A stretch of 64,000 bases of DNA from Octopus sinensis (taxonomy: Eukaryota). The translations under genes were made by a program, and so were the position numbers. This document shows positions 38,830 to 51,442 of this stretch, one piece after another. Every line of letters begins with the position of its first letter. Position 1 is the stretch's first letter. The notes beneath the pieces are model-generated. The model did no database searches, was not told where the DNA came from, and saw only the letters and a program-made list of their open reading frames with translations. Where the stretch lies: the NCBI RefSeq assembly GCF_006345805.1, contig NC_043004.1, positions 35,278,001-35,342,000 of the forward strand, in the 5' to 3' direction.

Positions 38830-41800
38830 TTTCCCCTCTAGCAGCAGATGGATTTAGATCAAATATATGTTTATCTTGTGAATATTGATATGTCAGAAGA
38901 ATTCTAGTACAAAGAAGAAAAAATATGAAAGAAGACATAGTAAACATCTTTTTTGATTCTGGTGCTAAATATATTTGAGAGGCTGAAGAGTGAGATATAA
39001 AATAATTTGAATTTATTCCATTGTAAGTGTTGCCCGTTTAATACTGAGTTCATTCATTTCCAATCAATTTACGATCGTTTAGGAAAATGGATACTTGTGG
39101 ATTGATCTATCAACCATTGCCATAATTCTTCAATGTTATCCAACTTGTTAGATTTCGGTTTGGAATGGTTACACTTTATGCTTATTGAACTTTGCCTATA
39201 AATGTGGGATATTAATCAGATGAAACTTATACACTTCCAATTGAAAAATTGTAAAGCAATTCTGTATGTCAACAGTATGAAGATAAAATCTTGGTTCTGG
39301 AAGTGTTCTTATCATAATCATAAAAATGCACCATTCTCTAGATTCTGCCTGTCAAAAGGGTGGGTAAGAAAATAACAATAAGCATAAGAAGAAAAAATAA
39401 TTTAGACATATATTTCATTTCTATTGCAAGCAAAAGTATTGAACTTGAACAACTTACAGAATAAACAATTTAAAGTACATTTCTTTTTCTCGTATTTAAT
39501 ATATTCTTGTTAATATTAAGTGACTTACTGAGAATTGAGTGGGAAATATGGCAAGGAACCAAAATCTGCAAAAGAAAATATGAAGGCCAATAAGTTAATT
39601 AATAACTATGATATGAGAAAAACCTTTAGAAATCAAAATTTGGCTTCAGTGTATAGAAACGATGAATACATGGATTAATAAATAATGTAACTAATTAACT
39701 AAAGTAGATGAAACTGAAATATATACAGAATCTAATTTATAGATTTCATTTTCTCTGCAGTTAGGGGTCAGTATTTTAGAGAACCATTAGGTAAATCTGT
39801 AACATATATGGCAATTGTCTGGTTATAAGACATATTGTGGAATATATGGTAAGTGGGAGTGGAGAGATATTTTATGTTATTGAAGGAGAGAAGACTAACA
39901 GAATTGGTTGATAGGGGTGGACATTGACGAGAATGACAGAAACAAGATTAGAATGTTTGGCATTTACAACAACAACAACACAATATAAAATCAAGCAACA
40001 TCACAACCGAAACAGACACACTCTAGTTCTCTTCCGATCATCATCATCATCATTTCATTTAACATCCGCTTTCCATGCTAGCATGGGTTGGACGATTTGA
40101 ATGAGGGCTGGCGAACCAGACGGCCACACCAGGCTCCAATCTTGATCTGGCAGAGTTTCTACAGCTGGATGCCCTTCCTAATGCCAACCACTCCAAGAAT
40201 GTAGTGGGTGCTTTTACATGTCACCAGCACGAGGGCCAGTTTGGTAGTACTGGCAATGGCCATGCCCAAATGGCGCTTTTTATGTGCCACCTGCACAGGA
40301 GCGAGTCCAGTGGCACTCGAATGTTTCACATGCCACCAACACAAGTGCTAGTAAGGCGATGCGGTAACGATCATGCTCGAATGGTGTGTTTAATGTGCCA
40401 TCGGCACGAAGGCCAGCTTATTGCTCTGGCAACGATATATATTCTTACATACTATCACTTATTTTTGTTCTTGTTTATTAGTTTTATTTGTTATATATTT
40501 TACTATTTGTATTTAGCATCTTAACTCTTGAAGCTAAAAGCTAAATGAAGTTGGCTGATTCTCATTGCAATAAAGAAGATTTATTTTACTTTGTATAATG
40601 CTAAATGGAATTTCCCATATCCATTGAAAGGAATACACCAAGATGCCAAACAAAGAGTGAAAGAAATCTGAAGTATTAATAGGCAAAGAAGTACCACTAA
40701 AATGGTGTTAGTGTGAATATGTTAACTAGCCAGAAATATTTACTTCAGGAACCACTAAAAAATGCAAATATGAATAAAACCTGGCTAGTGTCAGATTTAA
40801 GGGTCACCAAAGGGTGTAAATATGAATGTATTACATAGAGAGAGTCATTTAGATTAAAATACCACAGAACATTGTAGACATGAAGGAAGTATCATAGTTT
40901 CTGTTCATGTCAGTTCTTTAATATTGTACAATTCTATAAATTTGGTTGAACACAGAAGGCCCAACACCATACAACATATACACAGAGAAAGATGAAAGCC
41001 TTGAGGAATTTAAGGGACTCCAACCTAACCTGCTGGGACTTAACTCTGATTTCATCATCACATAAAAACAATCAGGGATAAGTTTTCACTTGGAAATTAT
41101 GAAATTCTTTAATTTTCTTCAATTCTTTAACTCTTTTCAATCATTGAACATTGGCCATGCTGGGGCACTGCTTTGAAGGGTTTAGGTGAACAAATTGATT
41201 CCAGTACTCATTTTAAATCTGGTATTTATATTATTGGTTTCTTTTTCCTGAATCATTAAGTTACTGGGATGTAAACAAACTTACACCAGTTGTGAAGCAG
41301 TGATGGGATGGAAATACACACTTTATAAGATGGGCTTCCACACACTTTCCATCTACCAAATTTATAAGAGATTTGTTGGCCCATAGTACAAAGAAGATAC
41401 TTAGCAAAAGAGCTGCACATTAAGACAGAACCTGAAAGCATGGATTTTGGGAAGCTAACATCTATTTCCAACATCCAGGTGAAGCAAAGCATCTGGAATA
41501 AATTCTTCCATTCATACATAACAAAATACTTGCAAGAAGACTCAAACCATAGACAGGTTGCTAGTTAAAAATGCTATTCATTTCCTTAATTGGCTGTGAC
41601 ATTGCACTCATCATTTATGTTTTTACATTGTATTCAATGTTTTCACATTAATAATGATTTCTTTTGACTTAGTAGAAAACCAATTTTGTAGACAAGTGAA
41701 CATAGTTGATTGTATTAACCAGAATATGTTTGGTATTGTATTAATGATAACCCAGGGGAAATTTTAACAACCATGTTTACTCGAATGCTATGCAGACTCA

Positions 41801-42399
41801 GCTAGAATGTGGTCACCTCGTTTTGTAGCTAAAAATTAGTTATGTCTCCTTAGATTATGCTATGACTACAGCCATTGTTATTTATATATTTGAAGAAACC
41901 AACAGCATAAAGCAAAAATGCTACAACTAGAATAAATTCTAGCTTTGCTCCTTCACTTTTACATATAAGTGAGAGAGCAAAAGTTCAGGTCATTGTTCAT
42001 AAACTGAGTTTATCACTCAAAAACAGAATCATATTCAACAGCTAATCCTTGAAATAACAACCACGAATCCGTCTTGATTTAGTTTTCCTTTCCTCGTAAT
42101 TTTACATTTAGTTTTGTTTTTGAATTTGGTTTGCAAGATTCTTTATATGAGTTCGTGTGTTGAAGCATATTCTGTTGTGTCTGGGGTGAGTAATTTTCTT
42201 TTTGTGCCTTATATTGTAACACACTCACCCGTAAAATTTCCACTTTTTTTTTTATTTTTATTTTCCTAAAATTTTCGTTGCATCTTGCAACCTTTTCGAT
42301 AGTGTTATTACAATACATCCAGCTTTCTCCTGTCTTTCCCTCCTTCACTTAATTCCCTTCCCCAATTCTGCAAACTGTGACAGCTTCCCCAACAGACAT

Positions 42400-42540
42400 C
42401 GATTACTGATTGACATTCTCACTGACTGCGTAGTCATCTTTCTCCTCAAATTTCTAAAGCTACATAATTGTTCCTCTTTTTCAATAAATTCTATCACTTG
42501 AAGTTTAAATTGTGCACTGTAAGCAATATGTCTCATTTAT
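42400..42540 (-). mobile_element. pogo-like transposase N-terminal (Brinker-type) DNA-binding domain remnant
   Basis: MRHIAYSAQFKLQVIEFIEK matches the R..Y.A.FKL.V.E.AEK motif. Confidence 0.5.
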
Positions 42541-42904
42541 CGCATCTCTGCTTCTATCATGATTCAGCATCATAAAGATGTTTTCCCCACTGGCAGATAT
42601 CAGTAACATAACTTCCACTTCTAAAACTGCAATCCTATCAGTAAAATAATTACTTTTCACTAACCAGGTGTAAAACACAACACCGTCAGTCTGCTAACAG
42701 AATTAGCAACTGCCCTTAAAAGTATTCACTAAGCAGGCAGAAATTCTCAGCTACAAACTATGAAAGACTGCAAGTGTCTTTAGATGTTGTTGCAGATGCC
42801 ATCTTCAACGTCTTTGTTTCCAGGGATTTGCAAGTGCAGATACATACTTTTGATACTTGAGTATGGTACATCTACTCCCTATATATTCATATATATATAT
42901 ATCA

Positions 42905-43625
42905 TGAAGGGTACAAGTAAGGTTCACCAAAGATCAGTCCTCAGCTCCCTCATAGTCCTCCAGACAATAACAGAGGAATTTAAGACAGGCTGTCCTTGGG
43001 AGCTCCTCTATGCTGAAGACCTTGTTCTTATAGTGAATTACTGCCAGAACTAGAGAAGTAATTTCAGGCATGGAAGCAAGGTCTAGAATGGAAATGCCTT
43101 AGAGTTAACCTAACAAAAAGCAAAGCCTTAGTAAGTAGAAAAGCAGACAAATCACAAATGCTTTCAGGTAGATGGCCCGGCTTGATAAGTAGCAAAGGCA
43201 TAGGTATAAACTCCATGAGATGTACCCAGTGCAAGCTATGGACACATAAGAGGTGAAGCAATATCAGAGGAAGATTAACAGGGAAAATAGTTCTTGTGTA
43301 TGGCAGATGTAACTGAAGCAAATACCAAGGGAGATATCTAGAAGTAGTTGATAGCTTTCTTTATCTAGGTGACCAAGACAGTAGCAGAGGTGGATGCTCC
43401 AAGTGTGTAGTCTTGAGAATAAGTTTAGGCTGGGCAAAGTTCAGAGAGCTCCTGCCTCTGTTGGGCCTCTCCCTCAGAGTAAAATGCAGGCTGTATGATG
43501 CCTCTGTGCAAATAGCTATGCTACTTAGCAGTGAAACATGGACTGTAATTGCTGAGGACATGTGTACATGTGTAGGCTGAAAGAAATGAAGCCAGTATGC
43601 TTTGCTGGACATGCAATGTCAGTGT
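42905..43625 (+). mobile_element. RTE-clade LINE fragment (RT C-terminal half with a PHD-like finger)
   Basis: VHQRSVLS.L..VLQTITEEFKTGCPWELLYAEDLVL..CTQCKLWTHKR*S..GRLTGKIV..GRC..LEVVDSFLYLGDQ. It is truncated by a SINE at 43625. Confidence 0.85.
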
Positions 43626-43789
43626 AGGCGAAAGAGTACAGCGGGGATCTTCACCACCCCCTGTGGAAGTCTCATGTAGCTTTAGGTGTTTTCTCACAAT
43701 AAACACTCACAATGCCCGGTCTGGGAATCGAAACCGTGATCCCATGACCGCGAGTCCGATGCCCTAACCACTGGGCCATTGCACCTCCA
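43625..43789 (-). mobile_element. Partial family B SINE
   Basis: Head sequence ..ccctaaccactgggccattgcacctcca is present on the plus strand. Confidence 0.75.
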
Positions 43790-43793
43790 CACG

Positions 43794-43829
<36 letters not shown>

Positions 43830-45202
43830 CATATATACACACATGCACACGTTTATGCACAGAAATCTTTGTGAAGAGAGAAAAAGAGATTGTCACTATT
43901 GTCGTTTATTGTTTTTTAGTCACTTTGAATTTAAATAGGATTAGTGGTTGGGGCTTAGAGGCTAGATTTGTCTCTTGAAATCAGCCCTTTTTGTTACTTC
44001 TTATGACATGCATGCATATTGTGTACCTATTGTAAAACTGGAAGATACAACATATTATAAATACATATATGTGAGTGTGTGTGTATACATATATTTACAT
44101 ATGTGTGCATATATATATATATAAATACACCCACACACACATGTATTTATGTGTGCATACACAGGCATACACATGTATAATTTCTAAATTGTAGGAATTT
44201 CAGAAAATTTTATGCAAAATTCTTCAAATTCAGAATATTTCGGAGCATCAAAATTTAAAATTGAAATCGGATGAATTGCAAATTTTATTCATGTCTCATT
44301 CATTGAAAATATAGTACTTTCAAAATTATTTTTAAGTATAACTGAACATGACAAAATAATTGCTTTACCAAAATTAATTTATATCATACTTATTTTGTTT
44401 TATTTAATTTGTTTTAATTTGAAAAGTATTTAAGTGTTTTTAACGGAATATATTGCAAAGAATTACCCCAATTTTGCACAGTTCACCTTGAATTACCATA
44501 AATTACAATTCATTAGCATAAATGAAACTCATGGAGTGGTAAGCTTTCCTAAACAACGAAATTGTGTTTCCAAAGAAAATTTCATGCTCGGATATAAGGA
44601 TTCTCAGCCAGCTTAAAAAGAAAAAGGAAATTAAATTGTTGTATTTTTCGGCATAAATCCAATTCTGTTCATGGATGATAGGAATGAAGAATATTCTTAT
44701 CTACTCTAGCCACAAGGTTCAAAATTTTGGGGAAGAGGCCAATCGATTAAATCAACCCCAGTATGCAACTGGATGAAAGGCAAAGTCGACCTCAGTGGAA
44801 TTTGAACTTAGAACATAAAGACAGACAAAATACTGCTAAGCATTTCGCCCGGCGTGCTAATGTTTCTGCCAGCTCGCTACCTTTTGAATGAAGAATACTA
44901 CTGGTGTCTGAGATACATAAGATATAAGTTGATCTATCAGGTTGAATTTTGATCTGAAATTGGTAGAATTAAACAAAACAAATGGAACCATATTGGTCTG
45001 CAATTTTGGCATAAAGCTAGCAAGTTCCGAGGAAGGGAAAAAGTCGATTACATCGACTGCAGTGTTCAACTGGAACTTATTATATTATCAATGCCAGAAG
45101 GATGAAAGCCAAAGTCAACCACACTGGAATTTGAACTCAGAATATGAAAGCTAAGCATTTTGACCAAAGTGCTTATGATTCTGCCAGTTCAATGCCTTAA
45201 CA

Positions 45203-45421
45203 CTGTGCTTTTCAAACTTTTTGCTGAAGTGGAACCCCAAGGAAACATTCCACTGGCTCAAGGAACCCCTGTGCAATAATTTAATTGTCTTATGCACACA
45301 TATCTGCACAGGAGAATTAAAAATTACTGTCGATTTTAGCATTTTTGTAACTTCTTGCAGAAACCCTAGACTGTACTGGCAGAACCCTAAGGTTCCGCGG
45401 AACCCTGGTTGAAAACCACTG
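45203..45421. mobile_element. hAT-type MITE
   Basis: TIRs ctgtgcttttcaaac and gttgaaaaccactg; 8 bp TSD ccttaaca and tcttaaca. Confidence 0.8.
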
Positions 45422-46581
45422 TCTTAACAAATGAAACCATTTTACATTGAAGACATCAACTGCGTTTTTTAACCATTTTCATTACCTTAGGTCTTAGAGT
45501 GGCACTGTTGTTGTTATTGTTATTGATAGTTATGAATGTTAATATTTTAATGATAGTCAGTAACCACTGGTCAGTATTCAAGCCATCAAATGGACAGTTG
45601 CTGTATTACTTCAGTTCTGCAAAACTCACCTTCAAATGACACCCAATAAATTTGACTAGTGGGAATGCATTGGATAATGTAGTCCTAGATACATAATGTC
45701 CAAGAAAAAAACCAGACAGTTATGTTGTAATGTCACTGGACTTTGGTCTACTCAATCAAAGCTGACCAAAGACAAAACAACACCTGACAGTATTTGTCTA
45801 TTTAACCATTACTTTGTCGTTTATCTTCGTTTCATTCCAATAAATCGTTTCATTAATGCTGTGTTACTGAAATGTCGTAATTATTTATGACAGATGCTGT
45901 AGTGTTTAATATAACATTTGTAACAGGATGATAAAGAGCAGATTTGATGAGGGGAGGAGGAACGGGTGTCTCAAGAAAGTCTGAAAGAAGCAGCTATGGT
46001 GTTTACCAGCTCAGAGAAACATGTTATTCTAATGGTAGAAGAAATATTGTTTGTTTGGATTCTGTTGCTAAGATTGTTGAAGAAATGTAAAACTTGCTAA
46101 ATTAGTGATTCCAAATCTTCAACAAAATACATTTGTATAATCAGTTATTGTAGATTCCAAATTCCCTGTCGCTGGAGTTGACAAGATTTCTTTCACAGTT
46201 TTCACTAGACTTCTTTCACAGCAAGTGCTTTGCAGTAAAGAGCTTCACTAGATATCCTTCACAGCAAAGGCATCACTATTGCAGGGAGGTTTAGTTCACT
46301 CTTATCCAAATGGAGACAGTCCCATGAATGGACATAGCACTACCATCAGATTAATTTCTTCAATGCAAACATGGAACTGAACTGAGGTATGACACACATG
46401 ACATGTGACGTGTGTTTGCTTTGTCAATTCCCACACAAATCTATGAATCTCAGTGAAAAACAATTGAATTCAGGGAAATTTTCTGTCATGAGCCGAATTT
46501 ATTTTGCATTGTTGTGTGTTTTGTTGTCACTGACGTTATCTCTCTCTCTCTCTCCCTACCTACCTACCTATCTATATTCTG

Positions 46582-46915
46582 TTTCTTTTTTAATTGTTTC
46601 AGTCATCTGACTGCGGCCATGCTGGAGCATCACCTTAAACAGCATTAGTTAAAGAAATCAACACCAGGACTTATTCTTTGCAAGCCTGGTATCTATTCTA
46701 TTGGTCTCTTTTGCCAAACTGCTAAATTACAGGGAAATAAATGCACCAGCATCAGTTGCTATGCAATGGCAGGGGGACAAACGCAAACACTCACACACAC
46801 AAATATATACATACCTATAGATACAACGAACTTCTTCCAGTTTCTGTCTACCAAATTCACTCACAAGGTTTTGGAAACATACTTCTTACCACACAGCCAC
46901 TCCTGCACCTATATG
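46582..46915 (-). mobile_element. Family C SINE (internal deletion)
   Basis: Reverse complement of the family C head and tail. Confidence 0.75.
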
Positions 46916-46919
46916 AGTG

Positions 46920-47870
46920 TGTGTGTGTATAGCTATGCTACATGACAGTGAAACATGGGCTGTAACTGCTAAGACATGCATAGGCTTGAATGAAATGAAG
47001 CCAGTATGCTTTGCTGGATGTGCAAAGTCAGTGTCCATGTATGACAGAGTGTCAGCATCTCGAGAAAAAAGCTGGGCACAAGAGGCATCAGATGTGGTGT
47101 GCGAGAGAGACGAATGCACTGGTATGATCATGTGATGCATATGGATGAAGACAGCTGTGTTAAGAAGTGCCGATATCTAACTTGTGGGGGTAATCTGTAG
47201 AAGATGTAGACCCAGGAAGACATGGGCTTCATGCAAGTGATGACAAGTGACCGAAAGCTCTGGCAATATGTTGTGTGGGAGAAGACTGATCAGGCCAAGT
47301 GAAATTGTAATTGTAGCTGGCGCCATGTGAATGGTACCCATGCATCTTAGTCATGGTCATTGCCAGTGCCATGTAAATGGTACCTATTTCTTTACTACCC
47401 AAAAGGGGCTAAACACAGAAGGGACAAACAAGGACAGACAAATGGATTAAGTCGATTATATCGACCCCAGTGTGTAACTGGTACTTATTTAATCATCCCT
47501 GAAAGGATGAAAGGCAAAGTCGACCTTGGCAGAATTTGAACTCAGAATGTAGCGACAGACGAAATACTGCTGAGCATTTCGCCCGGCATGCTAACGTTTC
47601 TGCCAGCTCTCCACCTTAAATGGTACCTGTTAATCAGTCAAGGTCGTTCACTACCGGTGCCATCTAAATGACACCTGTGCATCATAGTTGTGGTCATAGA
47701 CAATGCCATGTACATTGGCACTTGGTAATCATGGTTGTTGGTAGTGCCATGTAAATGGTTTGCATGAGCTGTACATGTTGCGGGTTCCATGCAAATCGCA
47801 ACAATGAATCCTCATGATCTCTGCTGGTTCCATGTAAATGACACCTGTACACCGTAGTCATGGTCGTTCA
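46920..47870 (+). mobile_element. RTE LINE 3' end with an approximately 45-50 bp tandem 3' array, interrupted by a SINE
   Basis: IAMLHDSETWAVTAK..NE.S.L.WMC..REK..IRCGVRERR..WYDHV.HMDEDSCVKKC, followed by repeated gtgccatgtaaatgg(t/c)acc units. Confidence 0.75.
47383..47616 (-). mobile_element. Family D SINE inserted in the RTE 3' array with a 12 bp TSD
   Basis: taaatggtacct at 47374-47385 and 47617-47628. Confidence 0.85.
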
Positions 47871-47937
47871 ACAATTTCATGGCCACCCCTGTTTTAATTT
47901 TGCCAAAATCTGCTGTAGGGGCTGAAGACATACTGTA

Positions 47938-48165
47938 TACCTATTTCTTTACTACCCACAAGGGGCTAAACACAGAGAGGACAAACAAGGACAGACAAAT
48001 GGATTAAGTCGATTATATCGACCCCAGTACGTAACTGGTATTTAATTTATCAACACCGAAAGGATGAAAGGCAAAGTCGACCTTGGCAGAATGTGAACAC
48101 AGAATGTAAAAACAGACGAAATACCACTAAGCATTTTGTTCGGCATGCTAACATTTCTGCCAGCT
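47938..48165 (-). mobile_element. Family D SINE
   Basis: Near-identical to 47383-47616. Confidence 0.85.
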
Positions 48166-49039
48166 GTATACCATCGTGATTTTTCACATACCTTCTAAAT
48201 AGTTGTCCAACCTTTCCTGTAAAAGTAACAACTCTACCCTTTCATTGGATCCTTAAAGCCAGGAATTTTTCAACACCCCTTCATACATATATATACATGT
48301 TCTTTTATTCTTTTATGATTTTACTTGTTACAGTCATCTGACTGCGACCATGCTGGAGCACTGCCTTGAGGGTCTTAATCGAACAATTTAACACATCTCA
48401 CAACCACTGCTTAGTAAGTAAAAAAATGACCGCATGAGTAAATAGCTCAGTAACAGCATGGTTTTTTACTATGGAAACAGACATGAATGTGTCTGTGGTT
48501 TATGATTGGTTAAAATCAACCAAAAATTTGCAAACTTTAAAAGCTATTAGCTCTGTTTTTATTGATTTATGGTGCAAATGAATTTCATGTCAGGGATTAG
48601 CATACAAAACTACATCATTACACCCAATATGAAATCAATTGGAACAGAAATTAAAGAAACTGTAAAGTAGCAGCCAAATAGAAAAGATCGGTCCATTTCT
48701 TTTACTTTGATGTTTAACCCTAGGTCAACCGGGATGAGTAGATCTTTGGATAAAGGCATTCTAGCCATGACTATCTCCCCTGTTTCTCAAACATAAAACA
48801 TTTATGATAGCATTATATGATTTTTGTTATTAGTTGGTAGACTTGAATTTGGAGTAGACTTAGCTGTTATTTTTAGCAGATCAAACAACTTAGATGTTTC
48901 TTTCTTGACATGACTGCTGAATTTCATACATTTGTAAGCCTATGTGTGTGTAAATATAGCTGTTAGTTTGAGTATATGAGCATGTATATCAATAGATGGT
49001 TATCTGTGTGTATGTATGTGTGTGTGTATATCTTTAAAT

Positions 49040-49264
49040 ATTAGTCTTTATTCTTTTATTAGTTTCAGTCATTTGACTGCAGCCATGCTGGAGCACCACC
49101 TTCAGTCAAGCAAATCAACTCCAGGACTTATTCTTTGTAAGCCTAGTACTTATTCTATCAGCCTTTTTTGCAAAATTGCTAAGTTACGGGGACATAAACA
49201 CACCAGCATCGGTTGTTAAGTGATGGTGGGAGGACAAACACAGACACACAAACACACACATATA

Positions 49265-49328
<64 letters not shown>

Positions 49329-49437
49329 ACAAGCTTCTTTCAGTTTCTGTCTACCAAATCCACTCACAAGGGGCCACACAGTAGGACTGGACCTGGAACC
49401 ATGTGGTTGTTAAGCAAGCTACTTACCGCACAGCCAA
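49040..49437 (-). mobile_element. Family C SINE with an expanded internal (TA)n
   Basis: Family C sequence with ~65 bp of (TA)n at about 49260-49325. Confidence 0.8.
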
Positions 49438-51065
49438 TCTTGTGCATTGTATGTGTGCGTATAGATGTTAGCTTGTGTGTGTGCTTGTGTAGATGTTAGA
49501 TTTTGAGTGTTTGTGTGTATTATTGTATATTTGAATGTATGTTTATAATCAGTCACTTTGATATTTCACTGACTCAAACATCATCAACACAAAGTAGAGT
49601 CACCTAATCTGCAGGATTCTTACACAGCACAAATCACTACATTAAATTATTTACCTGTTCACACTTCAAATTAGTCCATAATTGAATACACTCATTGACA
49701 GATTATTTATGTAAATGAGATAGTCTGTGGATATAAACATGAAATATTTGTACATTTTGATATATTACGTATTGTATGCAATATCTAAACTTTTCTATAT
49801 AAATACACTGTTACCTCATATGTACACCAAATTATTATTATTATTATTATTATTATTATCATTATTGTTGTTGTTGTTGTTGTTGTTAGTTATAAGATGG
49901 CAAGCTGGCAGAGTCATTAGCATGCCAGGCAAAATGCTTAGTAGCATTTCGTCTGACTTTATGTTCTGAGTTCAAATTCCACCAAGGTCGACTTTGCTTT
50001 TCATCCTTTCAGGGTCAATAAATTAAGTACCAGTGAAATACTGGAGGGGATGTCATTGTAATTGACAAGTCCCCTCCTGCAAAATTTCAGGCCTTTATTA
50101 GAAAGGGTTGAAATTGGTGAGATTTGGCAACACAAAGAGCATCTGCCCAATAAAAGCTGCCACGTCAACATTTGTCTGACCCATGCAAGCATGGACAAGT
50201 GGATGTTAAACAATAACGATGATGATGATGATGACCATTAAATTCTATATATTTTGTGTGCTTATGTCTACCCATCCAAATCTATATTAACATTGTATGT
50301 ATAGCATGTTTTAAGCCAGGTATTTAGGTTTTCCAATGTGACAACCTTAATTCTTTGAATACTGTTTCCAAATATTTCCCTTGAAAATAAATTCTGATAA
50401 TCCAACAAAAGATGTGTGGAATTTTTATTTGCATCACAACACAAGATTACGTTGTAAGAACTGCATATGATGATTAGCATCTTAATTTGGGCAGCACTCA
50501 GTGGTATTTGAAGCCATTCCTAAAATATATGATAAAGCACTGATATGGCCTTCTCATTCGGAGCCATTACGATCACTAATGAGATACCTAAATGTAACAT
50601 ATCAGAAGAGAAGCTAAAGAAGCCATAAGCTGAAAATCCAAATATCTCTTGAGCAGGCTATTACAGATGGAAATGTAATGAAATTAAAAAGAATCTCTTC
50701 AATTTCATTTTCTTTCACATCAATTTGTTGATATGTATGCAAAATGGGCTGAACTCACTAACACATAAAGCTTAGTCACATACTTCAGCTTCCTTACAGC
50801 AGGCATTCTATTTTAGTACACAACTAATGACAAAATGAAAAGCTAAATAGAGATCATTATCACCATCACCGTTTTTATGACTCTTCGTTGCTATGAGGTG
50901 GAGAAGTTAGCAACAGCAGAACATTTCCATTTGTCTTCATTTTGTGTTGCTAATTCTATGAGGCTCAGCTTCTTAAATCTGATTTTAACCTATATTTCCA
51001 TATGTTCTCCATCTGCTATTATATTGATTATTACCTGCCCCATTAACCCTTTCTAGTTTTCTCCT

Positions 51066-51442
51066 CCCATGGCCCAGTGGTTAGGGAAGCAGACTTGCTG
51101 TCATAGGATCACGGTTTCGATTCCCAGACCAGGTGTTGTGAGTGTTAATGAGCGAAAACACCTAAAGCTCCACGAGACCCTGGCAGGAGGTGGTGGCAAA
51201 CCCTGCTGTACTCTTTCACCACAACTTCCTCTCACTCTTTCTTCCTGTTTCTCTTGTACCTGTATTTCAAAGGGGCAGCCTTGTCACACTCTGCATCACG
51301 TTGAACCTCCTTCAAGAACTGCATTAAGGGTACACATGTCTGTGGAGTGCTCAGCCACTTGCACGTTAATTTCACAAGCAGGCTGTTCTGTTGATCGGAT
51401 CAACTGGAACCCTTGCTGTCATAACCAACGGAGTGCCACGAT
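51066..51442 (+). mobile_element. tRNA-headed SINE (family B)
   Basis: Colinear with the reverse complement of 62425-62806, but more diverged. Confidence 0.8.
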
